A DNA stretch of 64,000 nucleotides. Source: Chlorobiota bacterium. Its GTDB lineage: Bacteria > Bacteroidota > Bacteroidia > Bacteroidales > F082. Position 1 is the first letter of the stretch. Each line of letters starts with the position of its first letter. The notes below the pieces were generated by a model. That model did not search any database, was not told the origin of the DNA, and was given only the letters and a program-made list of their open reading frames with translations. The position numbers were made by a program, and so were the translations under genes. Where the stretch lies: assembly GCA_030618545.1 (NCBI GenBank), contig JAUXDH010000001.1:3247-67246 (forward strand), given 5' to 3'. Of this stretch, positions 8,976 to 17,024 are shown piece by piece.

Positions 8976-9706
8976 CTTCTTAATTTCGATAATTCAGATT
9001 TCGCTTTTACACCAAGGAAGAGGGTGTCGAGGCTAAAGGCAAGAAAGTTGTATCCCTGCTCAATCTTTTCATTAAGTAATTCAACATCGGGTTCGATTAC
9101 GTGATAACCAATCAGTTTATCATGTTTTTTAACGATCTCCTCATACTTATTCAGCACTACTTTTACATCTTCATCATTGTATTTGCCGGGTTTCCCCATG
9201 GATCCTGAAAGGTCGTAAGGTCCAATGAATGTTCCATCTATTCCGTCAAGCTGAATGATATCCTCCAGGTTTGCCACTGCATCAACATGTTCAATTTGGG
9301 CGATCAGTACAATCTCTTTTGCTTTCTGATTTTTATACTCTTCGAATCCCAGCCCGTATTTTTGGGCCCTTGCCAATCCCACGCCCCGTTTGCCTTCAGG
9401 AGGATATTTCACCGCATCAATTGCTTTTAAGGCTTCTTCTTTCGTGTTGACCATTGGAACGATGATGCCATCTGCTCCTGCATCCAGTACCCTTTTGATG
9501 ATTCTGGTATTGTTTTCACCTACCCTTACAAAAGCTTTGAGACCTTTGGACTGAATGGTGGCAATGAGTTGTTGTGCTTCAAAGTAATCTGTAACTGAAT
9601 GCTCCATATCCACGCATAGCCAATCAAATCCGGCTTCAGCCAGAATCTCCGGCACGGATGTGTGATTGAGCGTAATCCAGCTTCCTATAGTTACCTTTTT
9701 TGCCAT
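8972..9706 (-). CDS. HpcH/HpaI-family class II (pyruvate-dependent) aldolase
   Basis: 244 aa. GFDWLCVDMEH, FVRVGENN and GADGIIVPMVNTKEEA parallel HpaI/GarL motifs. Confidence 0.85.
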   Translation of the reverse strand: MAKKVTIGSWITLNHTSVPEILAEAGFDWLCVDMEHSVTDYFEAQQLIATIQSKGLKAFVRVGENNTRIIKRVLDAGADGIIVPMVNTKEEALKAIDAVKYPPEGKRGVGLARAQKYGLGFEEYKNQKAKEIVLIAQIEHVDAVANLEDIIQLDGIDGTFIGPYDLSGSMGKPGKYNDEDVKVVLNKYEEIVKKHDKLIGYHVIEPDVELLNEKIEQGYNFLAFSLDTLFLGVKAKSELSKLRR

Positions 9707-9811
9707 TGTACGAAAACTTGAATGTAAAAGTGCTTTTATTGTGCTGTGGATTTGATACAGCTTCGCCTCCTAAGTCACATGAAATTCTCACAAGCAACTG
9801 ATAATAAAACT

Positions 9812-9836
9812 ATATCAAAAAGCCTAATCAGGCTTT
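9812..9836 (-). terminator. Possible intrinsic terminator overlapping the stop codon of the regulator gene
   Basis: On the minus strand: AAAGCCT-GATT-AGGCTTT followed by TTGATAT. This is a 7-bp stem, a 4-nt loop and a T run that is partly inside the stem. The stem has only 3 GC pairs. Confidence 0.35.
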
Positions 9837-10361
9837 CCACACGAGTAAAAGCTCGTCTTTGCTTTTACCCGAAATGAATTCTTTCAACTCATCCTGCGAC
9901 AGGATGATATAGCGAATCTTTCTTTTAATCTTTGCTTCAGACTTTTCCACCAGTTTCAGTAAATACCTTTTATCAATCCCTTTTCCCACAAACCAGAGAT
10001 CGATAACCTTACTGTCTTTACCTTTAGCCAATTCACCTACCAGGTAAACTGTATTTAGCTCACCTAATTTGGATGTAACCTTACTGATTATTTTATCAAG
10101 GCCGATATGTTTCATCAGAAGATTATGGATATCGGTGTAGAGAGGATGGCTGGTATTGGCCATGTATATTTTTTTGTTTCCCTCATGCACTGCAACAAGT
10201 AAACCTGCTTTTGCAAGACGATTCAATTCCAGACGTATGGCATTTGTGGATTCACCAAACTCTGATTCCAGTGAACGTAACCAGGCTTTGTTATTGCTGT
10301 TGAGGAAAAATTTAAGCAATAAATTTATACGAGTTTTGGATGTAATGAGTGTTTCGAGCAT
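9828..10361 (-). CDS. Winged-helix (ArsR-like) transcriptional regulator
   Basis: 177 aa. N-terminal TSKTRINLLLKFFLN....WLRSLESEFGESTNAIRLELNRLAKAGLL is a wHTH pattern common in Bacteroidota. Confidence 0.7.
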   Translation of the reverse strand: MLETLITSKTRINLLLKFFLNSNNKAWLRSLESEFGESTNAIRLELNRLAKAGLLVAVHEGNKKIYMANTSHPLYTDIHNLLMKHIGLDKIISKVTSKLGELNTVYLVGELAKGKDSKVIDLWFVGKGIDKRYLLKLVEKSEAKIKRKIRYIILSQDELKEFISGKSKDELLLVWKA

Positions 10362-10614
10362 TAAATAAACAAAAGATTTATGCTTATGTCGCTGTTTGTC
10401 AATTAATTAAATGGTTTTTTATTCAAAAAACGAGTAGCAAAACTACTCATTGTTTCGAATATACCAACTATTATCCGGGTATTTTATAAAGCTTTAACAA
10501 TAATTAACCGGCTTAGAAATCGATTAAATAGCGTATATATTATTGGTTTTCAACAAAATAAAATAAAGATTGATTTCAAATTTCTATTTAAAAAGCGAAA
10601 TACCATAAAAATTA

Positions 10615-10622
10615 TAAATTTG
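10615..10622 (+). promoter_or_regulatory. Bacteroidota -7 box candidate (TAAATTTG)
   Basis: Exact match to TAnnTTTG, 55 nt upstream of the ATG at 10678. I found no convincing -33 TTTG. Confidence 0.3.
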
Positions 10623-10677
10623 TGAACCCAATATTAAAACATAGTTACATTTTGATATGTTAATAACCTGATAAATA

Positions 10678-11487
10678 ATGAAGAGACTGGGTAAGAAAAT
10701 TCTTGGGAAGATCAAACGCCATTCGGGGATTTTCATATCGTTGAAAAGGCAAAATAAGCAGCTAAAGAAATTTAAGAATCTCCATCAGGGTCAGGATTGT
10801 ATTATTCTGGGAGCCGGGCCTTCCCTCAATGAAATTCCGCATGATTTCCTCAGTAAAATGACAGTGATTGGGACCAACCTGTCATTTAAATATCATAAAC
10901 CTGATTACTGGGTTGTGATAGATGCGCAATATTCCTGGATGAACGAAGGAAGGGAATTGTGCCGGGACAACAACATCCCTGCATTCATCAACTGGTTGTG
11001 GGCACCACAAATACCTGAGACATTTTATCCTAATGAAATCAGTTTACATCCCTATCAAATCACAACTGACCAGAGTCCTGACAACAAACAGCTTCGGACA
11101 AACCTTACCAAAACATTTAACAATCCTGTACAGATTGAAAAAAGGGGTTTTACCAGTGTAAACAGTGTGGTTCCGGAAGGAGCTATTCCACTTGCCCTTT
11201 ATATGGGATTTAAACGAATTTTTCTCGCAGGTGTAGATTTTTATATTCCAACAGACGGAACATTCCATTTTATGGAAGACACGAAGGAAGACGAGGATAA
11301 AATAGACAAACTACGGAGTCGTCTTAAAAAGGACGACAAATCAAATAAAGACCTTTTTGATATTAAAAGATGGCCTATTGAACTTATTGGAGAATCCAAA
11401 AACAGCCACAGGATATTTAATCTAAGTGAAAAGAGTACGGTAAAAAACATACCCAAGATTAACTATCGCGATGTTGATTTTTCCTGA
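10678..11487 (+). CDS. DUF115 (MptE/Maf-like) protein, possible GT42-like ulosonic-acid transferase
   Basis: 269 aa. DCIILGAGPSLNEIPHDFL...VIGTN resembles the (A/N)GPSL start of Maf/DUF115 proteins and of Campylobacter CstII (IIAGNGPSLKEIDY). Confidence 0.6.
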   Translation: MKRLGKKILGKIKRHSGIFISLKRQNKQLKKFKNLHQGQDCIILGAGPSLNEIPHDFLSKMTVIGTNLSFKYHKPDYWVVIDAQYSWMNEGRELCRDNNIPAFINWLWAPQIPETFYPNEISLHPYQITTDQSPDNKQLRTNLTKTFNNPVQIEKRGFTSVNSVVPEGAIPLALYMGFKRIFLAGVDFYIPTDGTFHFMEDTKEDEDKIDKLRSRLKKDDKSNKDLFDIKRWPIELIGESKNSHRIFNLSEKSTVKNIPKINYRDVDFS

Positions 11488-11509
11488 TGTAGTTAAAAGC
11501 TGATCGCAC

Positions 11510-13417
11510 TTATTCTACCGGGAAAATTTTCCTGTTCATCAAAAAGTCAATCACTACCTGGGCATTCTTTTCCTTCTCTGCCGGATTTAACTCCAGTTCA
11601 GGATTCGCAGGGATATCGTAATTCATATCTATTCCCGGTAAATATTTTAATTCGCCTGATTCGGCTTTTTCATAAAGACCGTATTCATCATTTTTACGGC
11701 AGAATTCCAGATCCGCATCAAAATATATCAGGTTAAATTTCTTGCTGCCCACAATTTCTGCGACCTGTTGGCGAACAGATTCGCTGGGAGAAATAAATGA
11801 ACAAATTGTGATGATCCCCTGGTCGTTCAATAATTTGCAGATGTGGGCAACCCTTCTCTGATGTTCTGCCCTGTCGGCCGGTGAATAATCAAGCTCTCTT
11901 GAAAGTCCCATCCTTGTCGACTTTCCATCCAGCAATACTGCTGTGGCACCAAGGTCAAACAACTGGCGTTCCAGCGAATAGGCCAGCTCATTTTTTCCTG
12001 AGCCGTGGAGGCCGGTTATCCAGATAGTCTGTCCCTTCTGGTTATACCTTTTTACCCGCTCTTTACTTTTTATCAGGCTTTCACCCTGGACGATTTTCTC
12101 TTTATCCGTTCCTGTGATATGGACCTTCAATTCCTTGCCTGTAAACCGGTCACGGATCATTCCAACTGCACAGGTGTTGTGGGTAACCGGGTCAATAAGC
12201 ACAAACGATCCTGTGTTCCTGTTCTTTCTGTAAGGATCAAAGAAAAGCGGCTTGTTGGTGGTGATGACCACCCTGCCAATCTCATTTAACTCAAAATGAT
12301 CGACATCTGATTTCTCCAGGGTATTCACATCAATTCTGTACTGTATGCTATCAATCCTTGCTTTGGTAGTATTTGAGGAGTGTTTTATAAAAAATTGGGT
12401 ATTTGGATCCATTGGGTTTTCATCCATCCAAACAAGGTCGGCTTCAATATGCCGATCGATTTTTGGAAGATTTTCGGGATGTATGATCATTTCACCTCTC
12501 GAAATATCGATCTCGTCTTCAAGTGTCACCGTAACAGCCTGTGGCGGATAAGCATATTCAACATCACCATCATAAGTGCTTATGGCTGCCACTTTTGAGG
12601 TTTTCCTAGAGGGCAGCGCCATCACTTCATCACCCTGCCGGATGACTCCTGAAGCAACAGTTGCAGCAAAACCACGAAAATGAATGGAAGGTCGGGAAAC
12701 ATATTGGACGGGATAGCGCAGGTCTTCAAAATTTCTGTCACTGCTGATGTACACGGTCTCCAGGAATTCAAGCATACTTTTACCGTGATACCAGGGCATC
12801 CTATTAGATATATCTACAACATTATCTCCTTTTAAAGCTGACAGGGGAATAAATGTAATATCAGGAATATCCAGTTGGGTAACAAAGTCCTTGTAGTCTT
12901 TGCAAATACTATCAAACACTTCCTTATCGAAATCAACAAGGTCCATCTTGTTTACGGCAAGAACTACATGTTTGATACCCAGTAAAGAAACAATAAAGGT
13001 GTGCCGTTTGGTCTGAGTGATGACCCCATGACGGGTGTCCACGAGGATAATGGCAAGGTTGGCTGTAGAGGCGCCTGTTACCATGTTGCGGGTGTATTGT
13101 TCATGACCCGGTGTGTCGGCAATAATGAACTTTCGCTTTGCAGTTGAGAAATAGCGGTAGGCTACATCAATGGTAATCCCCTGTTCGCGCTCAGCTTTCA
13201 ATCCATCAAGTAAAAGGGCATAGTCGATATCCTCACCGGCATGACCTTCTTTTTTGTTGTCACGATGAAGAGCATCAAGCTGGTCTTCGTAAAGTTTTTT
13301 ACTGTCGAATAGTAATCTTCCTATTAATGTAGACTTACCGTCATCAACTGAACCTGCAGTCAACAATCGCAAGAGGTCCTTTTTCTGGTCCTGATCAAGA
13401 AAATCCTTAATATCCAT
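11510..13417 (-). CDS. cysNC: Bifunctional-type sulfate adenylyltransferase subunit 1 fused to an APS-kinase-like domain (CysNC/NodQ-like)
   Basis: 635 aa. GTPase motifs [17 protein letters not shown] and NKMD. The C-terminal 174 aa (from [15 protein letters not shown], 12034 downward) aligns by eye to E. coli CysC. Confidence 0.9.
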   Translation of the reverse strand: MDIKDFLDQDQKKDLLRLLTAGSVDDGKSTLIGRLLFDSKKLYEDQLDALHRDNKKEGHAGEDIDYALLLDGLKAEREQGITIDVAYRYFSTAKRKFIIADTPGHEQYTRNMVTGASTANLAIILVDTRHGVITQTKRHTFIVSLLGIKHVVLAVNKMDLVDFDKEVFDSICKDYKDFVTQLDIPDITFIPLSALKGDNVVDISNRMPWYHGKSMLEFLETVYISSDRNFEDLRYPVQYVSRPSIHFRGFAATVASGVIRQGDEVMALPSRKTSKVAAISTYDGDVEYAYPPQAVTVTLEDEIDISRGEMIIHPENLPKIDRHIEADLVWMDENPMDPNTQFFIKHSSNTTKARIDSIQYRIDVNTLEKSDVDHFELNEIGRVVITTNKPLFFDPYRKNRNTGSFVLIDPVTHNTCAVGMIRDRFTGKELKVHITGTDKEKIVQGESLIKSKERVKRYNQKGQTIWITGLHGSGKNELAYSLERQLFDLGATAVLLDGKSTRMGLSRELDYSPADRAEHQRRVAHICKLLNDQGIITICSFISPSESVRQQVAEIVGSKKFNLIYFDADLEFCRKNDEYGLYEKAESGELKYLPGIDMNYDIPANPELELNPAEKEKNAQVVIDFLMNRKIFPVE

Positions 13418-13501
13418 TGGTGAAATATATCTTGAAGTATTGGTTTAGCATTAGAAACGGCCCCAAAGATAAACCAAAGTTTAAAATGATTTTTTACTCT
13501 C

Positions 13502-13536
13502 TTTGCTGCAAGTTACAGTTTTACTAAATACCTTTG
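13502..13536 (+). promoter_or_regulatory. Candidate promoter (TTTG ... TACCTTTG)
   Basis: TTTG at 13502-13505 and TAccTTTG at 13529-13536. The 23-nt spacer is slightly long. It lies 68 nt before the ATG at 13604. Confidence 0.3.
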
Positions 13537-13603
13537 CATCGAATTGCATCAAGCCAGTATTGAAGAGTTAACCTATTTGATAAACATTTAGTACACCGGG
13601 AAA

Positions 13604-14536
13604 ATGAAAAGTAAAGTTTTGGCATCACCCACTACTTTCGGTCAGGTTAGTGTTGAACCTATCGAAATATTGACTGATAGTGGATTCGAACTTGTACGGA
13701 ATACTTATGGAAGAACATTGAAAGAAGAAGAAGTCATTGAGTTGGCTCAGGATTGTAAAGGGATAGTCGCGGGCGTTGAACCCCTGACTAAAAAAGTAAT
13801 GGATTCCTGTCCACATTTGAAATGCATTAGTCGTGTAGGCGTAGGCATGGACAACGTGGATCTTGGGTATGCAAAAACCAAAGGGATCACTGTGACCAAT
13901 ACACCCTTTGGTCCTACACAGGCCGTTGCCGAATTGACACTTGCCCTGGCCATGTCATTGTTACGGAAAATTCCAAAAATGCACATTAACCTTAAAAATG
14001 GTATCTGGAAAAAAGAAACAGGTAATCTCCTGTCAGGCAAAACAATCGGTGTGGTAGGGTTGGGACGGATTGGCAAAGCTACCGCCGGAATGTTCAAAGC
14101 CCTAGGTAATGAAGTAATCGGCTATGATCTGTATCCGGATACTGATTGGGCAGCGGAAAACGACATTCGGATCACAGGATTGGATGATCTTTTGGAGAAT
14201 GCTGATGTCATTACACTTCATCTTCCGGGAAGCAAAGACAAAAAACCGGTGTTGTCAAATCGTGAAATAAAAAATATGAAACCAGGAGCATTTCTGGTAA
14301 ACGTCTCCAGGGGTGGGGTGGTAGAAGAAGAAGCGCTTTATCAGTCACTTGCCGGGGGGCATCTCTCAGGGGCAGCTATTGATGTATTTGCTGTGGAACC
14401 TTACCAGGGTCCGTTTAGCCAACTGGAAAATGTGATCATCACACCACACATTGGCTCTTATGCTGCTGAGAGTAAATTACAGATGGAAATTGACGCGGTG
14501 AATAACCTTGTGGATGTGCTCAAAAACAGGGCTTAG
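13604..14536 (+). CDS. D-isomer-specific 2-hydroxyacid dehydrogenase (PGDH/GyaR-like)
   Basis: 310 aa. NAD motif [11 protein letters not shown] and the catalytic region SRG...TPHIGS. Confidence 0.85.
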   Translation: MKSKVLASPTTFGQVSVEPIEILTDSGFELVRNTYGRTLKEEEVIELAQDCKGIVAGVEPLTKKVMDSCPHLKCISRVGVGMDNVDLGYAKTKGITVTNTPFGPTQAVAELTLALAMSLLRKIPKMHINLKNGIWKKETGNLLSGKTIGVVGLGRIGKATAGMFKALGNEVIGYDLYPDTDWAAENDIRITGLDDLLENADVITLHLPGSKDKKPVLSNREIKNMKPGAFLVNVSRGGVVEEEALYQSLAGGHLSGAAIDVFAVEPYQGPFSQLENVIITPHIGSYAAESKLQMEIDAVNNLVDVLKNRA

Positions 14537-15441
14537 AAATACCCTTCTCTTTTCTTTTGTTCCATCGATGCTTCCTGGTCGAAATCGATAACACGCGTGG
14601 TCCTTTCGGATTTGGTGACAGTCATCATTTCTTGTACAATCTTTTCAATTGTATCTGCTTCCGATTCAATCGCACCTGTCAATGGATAACAGCCCAGTGT
14701 CCTGAACCTGACCATCCTCATTTTTGCCTGATCACGCAGTTCCTGTGGCATACGCTCATCGTCAGCAAGGATAAGATTACCTTCGATATCAACAATTGGT
14801 CTTTCTTTAGAATAATAGAGGGGGACGATAGGAATGTTTTCCAGGCGGACATATTGCCAGATATCCAGTTCGGTCCAGTTTGAAAGCGGAAAAACACGGA
14901 TAGATTCTCCCCTATGCACCTTTGCATTATAAAGATTCCAAAGCTCGGGACGTTGATTTTTTGGATCCCACTGATGGAATTTATCCCTGAAAGAGTAGAT
15001 TCGTTCTTTTGCTCTTGATTTTTCTTCATCACGCCGGGCACCTCCGAAAGCAGCATCGAATCTGTATTTATCAAGACCCTGGAGCAATGCCTGTGTTTTC
15101 ATGATATCAGTGTGAACCTTACTGCCATGGGTAAAAGGACCAACCCCGGATTCAAAACCCTCCTTATTATAATGAACTATAAGATCCCATCCTTTTTCTT
15201 TGGCATAGTTGTCACGGAATTCGATCATCTCACCAAACTTCCACTTGGAATCGATATGCATTAAAGGAAAGGGAACTTTACCGGGATAGAAAGCTTTTTC
15301 GGCAAGCCTGACCATCACTGATGAATCCTTACCTATCGAATAAAGCATCACAGGATTCTCAAATTCTGCGGCCACCTCCCTGATAATGTTTATCGATTCG
15401 GCTTCCAGCTCTCTCAGGTTGTTGATAGTATATAAATCCAT
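14533..15441 (-). CDS. cysD: Sulfate adenylyltransferase subunit 2
   Basis: 302 aa. The PAPS-reductase-fold N-terminus [32 protein letters not shown] is the typical CysD/NodP start. Confidence 0.92.
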   Translation of the reverse strand: MDLYTINNLRELEAESINIIREVAAEFENPVMLYSIGKDSSVMVRLAEKAFYPGKVPFPLMHIDSKWKFGEMIEFRDNYAKEKGWDLIVHYNKEGFESGVGPFTHGSKVHTDIMKTQALLQGLDKYRFDAAFGGARRDEEKSRAKERIYSFRDKFHQWDPKNQRPELWNLYNAKVHRGESIRVFPLSNWTELDIWQYVRLENIPIVPLYYSKERPIVDIEGNLILADDERMPQELRDQAKMRMVRFRTLGCYPLTGAIESEADTIEKIVQEMMTVTKSERTTRVIDFDQEASMEQKKREGYF

Positions 15442-15493
15442 TCTTTTTTTTCAAAGGTCAAAAGTAGCTAATTTTCCCTGTATAGTTATCTTA

Positions 15494-16003
15494 CTAAATA
15501 ATCACCCGAAGTTTGTTTTTGGGTATCCTGAGAAAAATAGTTTTCGCAACTGCTTCAATTTCAACGCTAACCTTGTTTTTACCTTTTACCTCAACCAATT
15601 CACCCTTTAAACCGGTCAGGCTTCCTGCTATCACCTCAACTTTCTGACCCTTTTCCCAGTGTAGATCTTCAAGTATTTCTGGGTCCTTTTCGCCAAGATA
15701 ATATTTTATCGCATCAATTTGTTGTTCCGGAACAGGAACTGCTTTCCCTTCGAAAGAGATATATTTCACGGCTCCGTTGGTATTTAAAACATCATAGTAC
15801 TCTGACTGTTGTATGTGAACAAATATATAGGACCTGAACAGGGGCTCCTCCACCCATTTTTTTCTGTCACTCCATTGTTTCAATACCTTTTGCAGTGGTA
15901 AATAATGTTCGATAGCCAGGGTATGCAGTTCATCTGCAACTTTCTTCTCCGATCTGGATTTTACATAAACTACAAACCAGGTTTTGTCCATGGCAGGTAT
16001 CAA
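15494..16003 (-). CDS. UpxY-family (NusG-like) transcription antiterminator
   Basis: 169 aa. WFVVYVKSRSEKKV is an NGN start, and GQKVEVIAGSLTGLKGELVEV is a KOW motif. The alternative start MDKTW at 15991 is equally plausible. Confidence 0.85.
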   Translation of the reverse strand: MIPAMDKTWFVVYVKSRSEKKVADELHTLAIEHYLPLQKVLKQWSDRKKWVEEPLFRSYIFVHIQQSEYYDVLNTNGAVKYISFEGKAVPVPEQQIDAIKYYLGEKDPEILEDLHWEKGQKVEVIAGSLTGLKGELVEVKGKNKVSVEIEAVAKTIFLRIPKNKLRVII

Positions 16004-16046
16004 ATTGTTAAATAAAATTGCAAATGATCAGGATCATGTACCCTGA

Positions 16047-17000
16047 TTAAAGATATGGGTGGAAATCTCCGCGTTTACCTACCGGTTTTTGATTTCGTAT
16101 CATATGGGCAATTTCGATGCTGTTGCTGGCATCTTTTATCCCGTAACCTCCACCACTAAGAATGTCCTTATAACTCATGGTATGCAGATCGGTAAATCCT
16201 CCACTGAACTCTATTTCTTCATTATCAACAAGTATCGATCGATAGGTAGTCTGGTTATTCTCGACCGCTTTTTTAGGAAGGTCATTGCTATCGAGACTAA
16301 GCATCCATGTAACATTGGCTTTCTCCAACTGGATATGCCCTGCCGACTTGTTTGCGTGGGCTACATGAACAGTGCTGCTCTGCACTTTACCAAAAATCCA
16401 GCTCAGCATATCAAAAAAATGAATCCCAATATTGGTCACCACACCACCGGATTTTCTGATATCACCTTTCCATGAATAGAAATACCATTTACCCCTGGAG
16501 GTAATGTAAGTAAGTTGGATATCGTGCATCTTATCATCCGGCATGGCATCAAACTTCTTTTTCAATGCAATGATGGACGGATGGTGACGAAGCTGTAAAA
16601 CATTGTAGATCTTTAATCCCGTTTGGTTCTCAATATCTTCCAAACCCTTCAGGTTCCATGGATTTAGCAACAAAGGTTTTTCACAGATCGCGTGGGCATC
16701 ATTTCTGAGCGCGAGACGGATATGGGCATCGTGTAAAAAGTTCGGAGAACAAATGCTCACATAATCAATCATTTCTTTACCTGACCTGCGAATCTTGTCG
16801 AGGTGCCTGTCAAATCTTTCCGGTTCAATAAAGAAATCGGCATTGGGGAAAAAACTGTCGATGATGCCTACGCTGTCGAAAGGATCAAGGGCGGCGACAA
16901 GGTTGTTGCCGGTATCTTTTATTGCTCGCATGTGGCGGGGTGCAATGTACCCTGCCGCACCGATTAAAGCAAAGTTCTTAGAAGTTGCTGCCTTGTTCAT
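16047..17000 (-). CDS. Gfo/Idh/MocA-family sugar oxidoreductase (WbpB-like)
   Basis: 317 aa. FALIGAAGYIAPRHMRAI Rossmann start and the EKP motif (CEKPLL). Confidence 0.85.
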   Translation of the reverse strand: MNKAATSKNFALIGAAGYIAPRHMRAIKDTGNNLVAALDPFDSVGIIDSFFPNADFFIEPERFDRHLDKIRRSGKEMIDYVSICSPNFLHDAHIRLALRNDAHAICEKPLLLNPWNLKGLEDIENQTGLKIYNVLQLRHHPSIIALKKKFDAMPDDKMHDIQLTYITSRGKWYFYSWKGDIRKSGGVVTNIGIHFFDMLSWIFGKVQSSTVHVAHANKSAGHIQLEKANVTWMLSLDSNDLPKKAVENNQTTYRSILVDNEEIEFSGGFTDLHTMSYKDILSGGGYGIKDASNSIEIAHMIRNQKPVGKRGDFHPYL

Positions 17001-17024
17001 GGCGCCTGTTAAATGTTAAATTGG

